Source: Macrostomum lignano (Eukaryota). Taken from it: DNA of 64,000 nucleotides. Position numbers and translations under genes: made by a program. Position 1 is the first letter of the stretch. Each line of letters opens with the position of its first letter. Under the pieces are notes generated by a model that saw nothing but the letters and a program-made list of their open reading frames with translations, ran no database searches and was not told the DNA's origin. Location of the stretch: the NCBI GenBank assembly GCA_002269645.1, contig NIVC01000543.1, positions 1 to 64,000 of the forward strand, read 5' to 3'. Positions 12,008-21,727 of the stretch are shown here, piece after piece.

Positions 12008-14141
12008 CACAACAACAAAATACGCTGTCAGGATGGCAAAAGTCAGCGTCACAGGGCGCGCTTCATGGCTTGGGCGCGAACAAAGGCCGCGCCACCGGCA
12101 GTGTCCGGGGCGCCGGCGTCAGCCAGCAGACAGTCGACGTAACGCCGAGTTCGCGCTTGACCTCGCCGGTAGCCTGCGAGATGGCCTGCGAGCTGGAGTC
12201 GCCGACGGCGCAGTAGATCGCTTGGACGTGGCAGGCCAGCGCGGCGATAGAGTGCCGCGTTGTTGACTCGCTCGACGCCGATGTTGAAGGCGGCGCGCAG
12301 CAGGCTAGCGTGCGCCGCATCGACTTGCTGTTCGAGTGAGTCCGTCAGCGTCCAGGTCTCGGCGTTGTAGAGCAGGACGGTCTCGATTACCGCCTGGAAC
12401 AGCGCCGCCCTCTGGCGGTCCGGTAGGGCCTCGGACTGCAGGACTGCCCTCACAGAGCGAAAGGCAGCCCAGGCAAGCCCGCGGCGGCGTCGCAGGTCCT
12501 CGCGAGCGTCTGGAACCAGACCGCCGAGGTAGACGAACTGCTGACATCGCGGGAGTTCGGTCGCCTGACCGTCAGCGCCTTGGCAGAATATTGCAGCCTC
12601 GATGTCGTCCGGCACGCAGAGCACAACGGTCTTCTGCGTGTTGACCACCAGGCCGACGCTCGCCGCAACTGCAACTAGCCTGTCCGGCTGCCGTTGGGCG
12701 CCCTCGACGGTCGAGGACAGCAGGGCGAGGTCGTCGGCGTAGCCAAGCACGCTGAGCCGCTTCTCCGGTTGACGTCGACCCACGCGTCGCCGCAGCAGAA
12801 AGCCGTCGTCGTCGGTAGGAAGAGCAGTCCGCAGCACCCAGTCAAGCACCAGGACGAACAGGAACGGCGCGAGCGTATCTCCCTGAAGCACTCCGGAGGA
12901 TGTCTCAAAGGAGTCCGATAGGCCGTCTGGTGTTGTCTCAGCAGTAGTATCAAGGTACATCGCCATGATGGCGGAGATCAGCTGCTCAGGCACGTTGTAC
13001 GCGCGGAGCACCATTGGAAACACGGCTCTGACAACCGAGTCGAATGCCTTCTTGAAATCGATAAAGATTAGAATCAGGATCGACTGGCGAATCCGCGCCT
13101 CCTCGATGACTCGGCAAAGAGCCAGGATCTGCGCCACTGTGCCGCGATGGGGCCGGAACCCGTTCTGCTCTGGGCGCAGGTACGGATCCAGCACGGGCTG
13201 CAACCGCGAAAGCAGCATCCCGTTGAACAGCTTCGCTGCACAGGACTGAAGGCAGATGCCTCGATGGTCTTCAAGCCTAGTGGTGCCTGGCTTCTTTGGA
13301 ACAGCGACGATGTGCGCCGTGGTCCATTCGTTGGGCGCCGCCTCACCGAAGAGCACGCGGTTCATCACTCTGGCGACCTCAGCGGCCACACAGGGCACCT
13401 CGTCCGGACCCAGCGCTTTCCCGCCCGGGACTGCTGGGCAAAGCTTAACAACGTCGGCTGCGTTGACTGGGGCTACGCTGAAACTCTCCTCTGCCGGCAA
13501 CGGCGTCTCCGGCGGCAGCGTCAGCCTGTCTGGCAGCGGGGGTGGCGGCGCGTTGACGATGGCGGCGAAGAACTCGCGCAGCTCGTTCCTGCGCTCATCC
13601 GGAGTGTCACCAGCCAGGTTCAGCGGATTGCGCCGCTTTTGCCCCGTCAGAGCGTTGATGGCGGACCAGGCCACGCGCCCTCTGGCATCGGGCCCAGCGG
13701 CAGAGACAGCCTGAATGGCGTCATCGACAGCCGCTTGTTGGCGCTGCAGGTAGACAGCCGCCAGAGCTGCCTCTGCCTCGCGGGTTGGTCGCCTGCTCAA
13801 GCGGAGCCTCTCCAGATCTTCCCTCGCTGCCTGAATCGCGGGGTCGTCCTGCCAGACCGGCTGCCCACGTTGAGCCGGTTGCATCATCGGGACTGCTTGC
13901 TCCGCGGCGGTTCTGACTGCGGCGCACACTTCCGCATACTCGGCACTTCCACGCTTGTCGCCCAGCGCAGTGTTAAAGGCGCTAGCAAAGCGACGCTGCG
14001 TATCGGTGGCTCTGAGCGCGCGGTAGTAGCGCCGCGGTGGCCGCTTCGGCGGACGGTAGAGCGGATCGCGAAGGTTGAGGTCGCAGATGAGGAGCCGGTG
14101 ATCGGACCGCAGAGCCAGCGGCGTGATGGTGCGGCAGTTTG
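12008..14141 (-). mobile_element. 5'-truncated APE-RT LINE (RTE-like) nested antisense inside the Loa/I-like element
   Basis: ORF 12049-13929 extends upstream in frame to 'NCRTITPLALRSDHRLLICDL' (end of the endonuclease). The 3' end has a short TTGTTGTTG tail near 12010-12020. Candidate TSD GGGGGGA at 12001-12007 and 14298-14304. Confidence 0.9.
12049..13929 (-). CDS. Reverse transcriptase domain of the RTE-like LINE (truncated copy)
   Basis: 'VPKKPG..HRGICLQSCAAKLFN', 'EQNGFRPHRGT', 'FIDFKKAFDSV', 'GVLQGDTLAPFLF', 'LGYADDLALLS', 'FVYLGG', 'LLYNAETWTL'. Confidence 0.9.
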   Translation of the reverse strand: MCAAVRTAAEQAVPMMQPAQRGQPVWQDDPAIQAAREDLERLRLSRRPTREAEAALAAVYLQRQQAAVDDAIQAVSAAGPDARGRVAWSAINALTGQKRRNPLNLAGDTPDERRNELREFFAAIVNAPPPPLPDRLTLPPETPLPAEESFSVAPVNAADVVKLCPAVPGGKALGPDEVPCVAAEVARVMNRVLFGEAAPNEWTTAHIVAVPKKPGTTRLEDHRGICLQSCAAKLFNGMLLSRLQPVLDPYLRPEQNGFRPHRGTVAQILALCRVIEEARIRQSILILIFIDFKKAFDSVVRAVFPMVLRAYNVPEQLISAIMAMYLDTTAETTPDGLSDSFETSSGVLQGDTLAPFLFVLVLDWVLRTALPTDDDGFLLRRRVGRRQPEKRLSVLGYADDLALLSSTVEGAQRQPDRLVAVAASVGLVVNTQKTVVLCVPDDIEAAIFCQGADGQATELPRCQQFVYLGGLVPDAREDLRRRRGLAWAAFRSVRAVLQSEALPDRQRAALFQAVIETVLLYNAETWTLTDSLEQQVDAAHASLLRAAFNIGVERVNNAALYRRAGLPRPSDLLRRRRLQLAGHLAGYRRGQARTRRYVDCLLADAGAPDTAGGAAFVRAQAMKRAL

Positions 14142-14294
14142 GACTGCAAAAAAATTAGGACTGCAAATAAATTAAGACTGCAAATAAATTAAGACTGCAA
14201 ATAAATTAAGACTGCAAATAAATTAAGACTGCAAATAAATTAAGACTGCAAATAAATTAAGACTGCAAATAAATTAAGACTGCAAATAAATTAA
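14142..14294. repeat. 17-bp tandem repeat (GACTGCAAATAAATTAA) x9 at the 5' junction of the RTE-like insertion
   Basis: 153 bp = 9 x 17. The first unit is a variant (GACTGCAAAAAAATTAG). Confidence 0.95.
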
Positions 14295-14699
14295 GAAGGG
14301 GGGAACGCCCAGGAAAAGAAGCTCCCGTTCGTCACGATCTCTCTGAGGACGGTGGACCCTGTCAGGGGGAAAGCTGCAAAAGCTTCAGCAACAGGCGGAC
14401 ATGGAAAGGGCCATAAACCCGCCCGGAACACTGTCCACTCTGATTTGACTCAGTGCACGAAACAGCGGCTGGACACTGCCAAGGCCAACAACCGCAACAA
14501 CCCCCAGCCCAGTGTCACCACTGTGGCCCCCAGGAACACCGGGCCGAGAATGAGAATGCCGCCCCGGTGGCGGCGGCCTTCGACCATGGAGACCATCCGG
14601 GAAGAGTCCATGGAACTGGAGTCGGGAACCATCGGTGAGGCAGAAGAGACAGCTCTCTCGGCACAACTCGCCCTGAGCCAGCAGGAAGCTGCGCGGACC

Positions 14700-15190
14700 A
14701 CTCGTGGAATCCCCGGAGTGGAAATCCTGCAGCTTAACCTGCACCACTGCATCGCGGCCTCGACCAACCTGATGCAGGTGGAAAACTTCGTGAAACCGGG
14801 CATCATACTGCTTCAGCAGCCCTGGACGAAGAAAGGTAAGATTCCGAATATTCCTGCTGGTTTTGACTGTTTTCAGGACCCCCCAAAACCCCAGAGCAGC
14901 CATTTTCGCGTCTACCCATCTCAAAGCTTGGTACAGACCGGACCTCAGAGAGACCTCTGTGTCATTTAATCCAACCACATAATCACCAAACGCACGGTCA
15001 TCATCGCCTCGATTTATATCCCTGGCGATGGCCCCGCGGTTCCATCCACCCTTACCTCCCTCGTGAACTACTGCTCTAACCGTAGGTTCGAGCTGCTAGT
15101 GGCAGGCGACGTCAACGCCCACCACACCCACTGGGGCAGTAATACCTCCAACAGCAGAGGCAAGGAACTCCTTGCTTATATCTGCACCAC
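14700..15190 (+). pseudogene. APE endonuclease remnant of the Loa/I-like LINE
   Basis: 'EILQLNLHHCIAASTNL', 'LLQQPW', 'IASIYIP', 'VAGDVNAHHTHWGSNTSNSRG', spread over shifted frames. Confidence 0.8.
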
Positions 15191-15599
15191 CAATAAGCGT
15201 GAAACCAGGAAAGCCAAGTCCGACAAGTGGCACCAACACTGCGCGGAATTAGAAGGCACCCGCCATACTTCACGCGTGGTCAAGGCTCTCACCCTCGACA
15301 AAAGGTCAAAGCTCTCAGTCGTTAAAAGACCGGACGGCCGGCTCGCTGAGAATCCCGGGGAATCGCTGGAGATAATGCTCACCAGCTCTTTCCTACGTGC
15401 CGCATAGCAAACATCTCAAACTGAGAAAAGCGATACAAAACTGTCAGAAGTAAACTTTATAATATTTTTTCACATTCAAAGAAATTGTTGTTAAACTGGA
15501 TGTTAGTGGATGAACTGCATAATTTGTATAGATTTCGTTTTCGAACTTTAATACGTGCGAAGGCCCACCGGACCACTCTCCGGGCGGACAGATCCTGGC

Positions 15600-17460
15600 T
15601 TCGACCATCATTACTAGAGAGAGGACGACTCGCGCCGCAAAACCCTTCTCTCCCTTCAAGTCACCGCGGGACCTGACAACATTTATCCTGCCTTCCTCCA
15701 TGAGGCAGTTAAAAATGACAGGTTTCTCGGTCTCCTTTGCAACCTATTCAAGGCCAGTATTACCCTCGGGTACGTGCCAAAAGCCTGGCAAGAGGCCAAT
15801 GGTGGTCTTCATACCCAAACCAGGGAAGGGAGACTATCACTCTGCCAAAGCTTACCGCCCTATCAGCTGACGTCTTTCTTCCTCAAACTGATGGAATGGC
15901 TGGTGCTCTGGCGCCTTCTCCTCGTTGAGCTGAGGAACTCCCCGCTCTCCCCTAATCAGCACGCCTTTCGTCCTGGACTCTCCATCGAAAGTGCGCTGCA
16001 TGCCATTGTCGATAAGCTGGAGCGCGCCGTGCTCGGCAGTGGATACGCGCTCTCGCTTTTCCTCGACATTGATGGTGCTTTCAATATTGTGCTCTTTGAA
16101 GCCTATAGGCGGGCCCTGGATTACCGGGGCACGCACGAGCACCTCACCCGCTGGATCATGTACATGGTCTCCCATCGGACTGCCATCTCGCACCTCCTGG
16201 GACACTCCCGCTCTGCTCTCCAGAAAGGTCGACCGCAAGATGGAGTTCTCAGCCCGATTCTATGGAACTTGATCGTCGATGAGTTTCTCTGCAGCCCACA
16301 TCCGGACCCGGTTCAAAGGTCGGCTATACGGATGATTTTACCCCCACTGTGGCTGGACCATCACCCGCGGTCCTCAGAGACCTCCTCCAAGTCAATTCAT
16401 CCACCGTGCCGAGCGCTGGGTCTCAGGTTCTCTGAGTCTAAAACCGTGGCTATCATGTTCGCCAGCCGCCGAAACTGGAGGATCAAACCGCTCTCCTTCT
16501 ATGGCAAACCGTTGCCATGGAGAAACAAACCAGATGTCTGGGCGTCACCCTCGACCACAGGTTGAGCTGGACTTCGCACGTCCAAACCAAAGCCCGCAAA
16601 GCTCTCGCGACTCTCGCGCAGATCCGCAGAGCTTTCGGCGCTACCTGGGGCCTCACCCCCGCCGCCTCTGGTGGATTTACACAGCCATCGTGAGACCGGC
16701 CATCTCCTTTGCCGGCTTCATTCGCCGGCCCTAGAGGTGAAATGGGTTCTCGATGCTTTCAACAGGGTGCAAGGCCGCGCTTGTCGAGCTATCATAAGCG
16801 CGGCTCCCTCTATACCCTTTGCTGGCATGAACTTCTTCCTTGACATTCCCCTCTTGACCTCTTTGTCAGAGGGGAGGCAATGAAGACCATCCACCGTCTG
16901 CTTGACGCAGATGTCCCCATCCAGAAGCAGTTCGCCTTCAAAAAGCGGAACGTTAGCCTGCGAGACCTGGAAGCAGCGGGAGGCCTGCTGACCCTCTCAT
17001 ACGGAATCCCGTCCACGCTCTGCCCTCCGCTCAAATTCAAAACCAGCATTCCACCACGTCATGAAGAACGGGACAACTGGAAATCCCGTGAAATCCACTG
17101 CTTCACTGACGGGTCCCAAATCAACTCCGCCTCTGGCTGCGGTTACTGCATCGTGTCTGGAAGGAGAATCGTGGCGACCTTCTCCCTGCACACCGGCACC
17201 TGCTCCATCGTTTTTCAGAACGAAGTTCTCGCCATCAGCTCCTGCGCCATTGAGCTGTATAATCAGTGCGTCTGGGGGAAGGAGATTATCCTCCACTCGG
17301 ACAGTCAAGCGGCGATCCACGCCTTTGAGCGCACTACCAACTGCTCGCGTACAGTCCTCGACTGCATCGGGCAGCTTAACCGCTTAGGCGCCTCTAACAA
17401 GGTGTCCCTAAGGTGGATCGCCGGGCACTCGGGCCAATTGGCTGTCCAAGGCTGGCTCGA
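15600..17460 (+). pseudogene. Reverse transcriptase plus RNase H remnant of the Loa/I-like LINE
   Basis: ORF fragments 15774-16565 (RT) and 16880-17836 (RNase H catalytic D/E/D) with frameshifts between them. Confidence 0.85.
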
Positions 17461-18452
17461 CCGGTTCCTTTACTGGTCCCCTGCCCGTGGCCCCCACCCC
17501 TACCGCCGTTGTCACCACTCGGATCAACCAGCGGGTGCTTCAAATCACAGGGAGAGGTGGGCTAACGCCCCCAACTGCCGTCAATCCCGCGCGGCTGTCC
17601 CCTATCCTTCCTCCGCGCTGCTTGGACTCAACCGCAGGGACATCAGGGCGATGACCATGGCCCTCTCGGGTCATGTCTGTTTTGCCAGGCATCGTTTGCT
17701 GGGCACTGGCTGGCAGCAACTATGCCTTGGCAGGAAGTTGCTGCAATGCTTGAATTCAATTATCGCTATAGAGGCATCCTGCGCCGCTAGGACTGGCCTG
17801 GAGATACGTGTAGGTGTGAAAATCAGACAGCCCTAGCTATAGCTCTGCAACTTGAGAGAAAATTAAGTTCAGGGGTTCAGAGGTAGAATGAATGCCTTAA
17901 GCAAGCTAGATAAAAATACTTTACTGTAAGTTCTTGCCTTTTCGAAGAAGCCAATTATAAACATGACGCATGAGCTTCAGTGAATCGAAGCACTACGTTA
18001 ACAAATGGGTGTAAAAGTTCTAGCAAGCCTACTACTTCGTATGTATCATGGATATAAATAGGTGGCCTGGACGGTTTCAAATTTATCCAAATATCAGTAA
18101 GCTACGAGGGTAGCTTGAACCTCAGAACGCAGAGGCAGAACGACCTATAGCTGAGCCTGTTCGATCAGGCTCTTTGCACCCGTATCTCTCACAGCACGCT
18201 GGGTGTTCGCACTGAAGCTTCGCTGGCCAAACAGGCGCAGCCGGACCAAACTGGACTGGTTTCTGAGCGTACATTCGAGGCTGTGACAAGCCAGTTTAAC
18301 ATAAATTAAGCCTGACCCTCTGACTGTATGCGATAAGAAGCCACCAGCTGAAAGTATTTGATAAATTCGAGCTGGGCACGAAGCGCTGAAGAAGTAGAAA
18401 TTAGCTGGTCTAGTTTTTCTTTCCAGCTATAGAGAAGCAATTCGCAATCAAG

Positions 18453-20772
18453 ATGCAGGTAAAAGTAAATTCTACAGGCATTATGCTGCTACTAATAATG
18501 CTTTTGTTCTGTACTGCAACTGCAAATGGAGCATTGAGAAAGGAAAGAGTGCATGTGATCTTCATGAACCACCTGGACGTCGGGTACAACGGCATTCCAG
18601 ACACCGGCTACATTAACAATGTTCTGAATAGATACTTCCATGTGCACTTTCCGCAGGCACTCAGTCTGGTAAAACAGATAAGAGAGGGAGGATTCAGAGA
18701 GAGATTCCGGTACACCACCCATCCGTGGCTCTTGGACATGTACCTGAACTGTCCTGACCTCATTCTTAACGGCATCCAGCTGCAGTGTCCAAACTCTACT
18801 GACCTGGAGGCGATGAAGGACGCGCTCACGCTCGGAGATATTGTGTGGCACGCTGGACCAATGAACATGCAGATTGAGAACATGAAAGGAGCCCTGCTAG
18901 AGGCTTCACTCAACATCAGCAGACGACTCGACGAGAAGTTCCAGCCAGAGAAGAAGATACGAGTTCTCAGTCAGCGCGATGTTCCAGGAATGACGAGTGC
19001 GGCGATTCCAGTGTTGAAGAAGAACAATATCGTGGCCGTGTCTGTTGGAGTCAACCCAGCCTCGTATCCTCCAGAAGTCACAAGGGAACCATTCGTGTGG
19101 TTGGACGAGTTGAGTCAAGAATCGATCGTCGGTATTTGGCACCCGGGAGGTTATCCCAACGAACCGGGAAACAGTCCAGCGAATCCGGGCGGCATCAGCG
19201 TCAAGGACTGCAGCATGGTGAGCGGAGTACCGGAGATTCTCTGCTTCTCGTTTAGAACTGACAACCAGGGACCTCCTCAGAGTGTTGCGGAAGTACTCAA
19301 TTCATACGAGATACTGAGAGATCAGTTCAATGGAGCAGAGGTGATTGCATCGACGCTGGAGGACTTCGTACAGGCCATTCTGCCCTACCAGAGTCTCATG
19401 CAGGTAGTGCGGACGGAAATCGGTGACACTTGGATCCAAGGAATCGCGTCGGATCCTCGCAAGATGGCAGAGTACCGAGCATTGAGTCGCGCATTCACGA
19501 GATGTCGCAGTGACGGAGCCTGTAGCGGGAACGACCCGCAGGTGAGTAAAGCTTTTGAAGTTCTATTTAAGATTAAAACTCCCTAGAGGAGCTACAAGTA
19601 AAATGAAATCGAGTTAACAACAACAAAAATCAATAACTCGGTGTCAAATTATCAAATCAAAGGTCCAGGACGCTGTTCGGTACATGATCAAGCCGCCTGA
19701 GCACACCTGGGGTTTGCCGTCACAGCCGGATCAGAACAACTACAGGAATGTGGACTTCAACAAGGCTAGGAGCGGATCGGCCTACGTGCAGAATGAGAAC
19801 GCGTGGCTCGAGCAGCGCATGTTTAACACTCTGGCAGTACAGGCAGCGAAGGGACACCCTCTCAGCAGCTACATGGCTCAGGAGATGAGTCAGCTCACTC
19901 CGACTCTGCCTGACATGACGGGATACGTGAAGCAGAGTCTTCAGCCCGACGCGATATTCGAGTATGGCTACTATCGATTCAGCTTCTTTTCCGATGGTTC
20001 GATTGACCACCTGCAAATCAATGGAGGCCAGAGCTTTGCGAATCAGCGAGACCGGCTTGCAAAGTTTGTATACCGCTCGTACGATGAGCTGGACGACAAC
20101 AAGCTGCTGCGGAGCTACGGAAACCCAGGCTACGGAAAGCCGAACATCACGGCCAACGCGAACCCGCTCAGTCTGGAGTGGCGTATGCTCGCCACCGATT
20201 TTTACCGCAAGCCGGATAACAGCAGCTTCGTGATCGTCGTTGTACCGGAGGACTCGCTCGCCGTCAGCGACTACGGCGCTCCGCAGAAGGTCTTCCTCAC
20301 CTACAACTTCTCCAGCGGCATCGACGTCGACGTGCTCGTGTGGAACAAGACGTCCACTCGGATCGAGGAGGGCCTGTTCGTCGAGTTCCGAGCTTCTGCT
20401 GACATGGCCGACGCTCCAAACGCGTCGTGTCGGTGGCTGCTGAACAAGGTAGACGGGTACGTCGACCCGATGCGAGTGACCTACGGCGGCTCCATCCTGC
20501 AGCACGCAATCAACGAGCACGCGGTTTTCTCCTGCGAGATGGGCGCCTCTAAGAAAGTGCTGGTTGTGCAGTCGAAGGACGTTCCTTTGGCTTGCCCGTT
20601 CAGCCGCTTCCAGGAGGCCAGCGTGTTCCCGTACCTCGACCGGCTGACTCGGGTCGACGGCGTCAGCTTCAACATCTACAACAACGTGTGGATCACGAAC
20701 TACATCTTCTGGTACCCGTACCACACTGGAGACCAGAACTTCAAGGCTAGGTTTAGTCTGCTCGGGATGTGA
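18453..20772 (+). CDS. Secreted GH38-like (alpha-mannosidase-fold, DUF5054-type) glycoside hydrolase; exons 18453 (or 18483)-19541 and 19663-20772 (about 722-732 aa)
   Basis: Signal peptide 'MLLLIMLLFCTATANG', 'HVIFMNHLDVGY' (GH38-like metal-binding HxD), 'QRDVPG', 'GDTWIQGIASDPRK', 'PPEHTWG', 'FNIYNNVWITNYIFWYP'. CAG|GTGAGT...AAG|GTC phase-0 intron. The DUF5054 label is from memory and not verified by search. Confidence 0.75.
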
Positions 20773-21727
20773 CCTTTAACCCTTCGCAATATTCTAAGCT
20801 AATGCAGGAGGGAGACACTAAGTTACAAATAATTTACTAAATTTACTCAGTTGTACAGTGACGAAAATTTTGTCACTTTCCCATTTTTTCTCCACGTTTC
20901 AAGATCTTTTGCAATAAACTGATCTGTTGTATTCAGGTATTTACAAAGCTGTTAGCTTTCATCCGGCTGTCAAGCAGTCTGCTAAAATGTTTAAGCAATA
21001 AAAATAGGAGGATACTCGATCGTAAAGACTTTAATGAAAAATTTTTGACTCAAAATAAGTAAAAAAAGCCCCGTATTTTAAAACTGCTTGTATTCCAGCG
21101 AATAATTTAATTGCGCGAATGCCGTTCGTGCCACGTGGAGGAAGTATTCAAACATTTGTTGTATATTTGTTGTGAGGCTCAAGGCAAGCCAAATAGCTGT
21201 CTCAACTAAATGGAAATTTAGTAAATCGAGTGGCCTTTAAAAATAAAATCTGCTGAGGAAGACTTCGGTGGTAAGTAAATTGTGAGAAAATCAAAGATAA
21301 TTGGGATTCGCTGACTAGCACACCTCCTACCATAGACATTGTGACGGATGCATTGTAGCACCGTAACCGTTGGAGTTCGTTAAAACTGCCCCGGCAAGAA
21401 ATTTAAAGGCCGAGAAAGCACAGAAGCAAAAATAAATTTGATAACTGAAAATCTTAAACCAAAAATACAGAGAAAATTAGTTGCGCACCACATCATCCTA
21501 TTCGGCACATTGAGGAAAACATTTGAGAACTGGCTGGTGTCTATCCTATCCAATCAGAAATATTTCGGGTCCCGGAGTCCAAATTCGATTAATAAACTGC
21601 AGTTTATGGTCTGCCCGATCATATGTGTTGCAGTGTTGTGTTGCATGGTTTAAAAAATACGAGTCTAATATCTCTTTGCTAGTCAAACACCCAGGCCTGG
21701 CGCCAACAGTTCGAGGGCCGCCAGGCT

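Larger units (their letters stand above)
10904..17700 (+). mobile_element. Decayed non-LTR retrotransposon with RNase H (Loa/I-group-like), interrupted by two insertions; the 5' UTR may extend to about 9900
   Basis: ORF1-like region (ATG 10904 with an early TAA, ORF 11048-11755, continuing after 14305). APE endonuclease motifs 'ILQLNLHH..LLQQPW' and 'AGDVNAHHTHWGS'. RT motifs 'IPKPGKGDYHSAKAYRPISLTS', 'FLDIDGAFN', 'GRPQDGVLSPILWNL'. RNase H motifs '[25 protein letters not shown]'. Many frameshifts and stops. Confidence 0.85.

Noticed and set aside
18100-18320. TACGAGGG resembling a mariner terminus
   Set aside because: No matching inverted end was found nearby and there is no transposase remnant.
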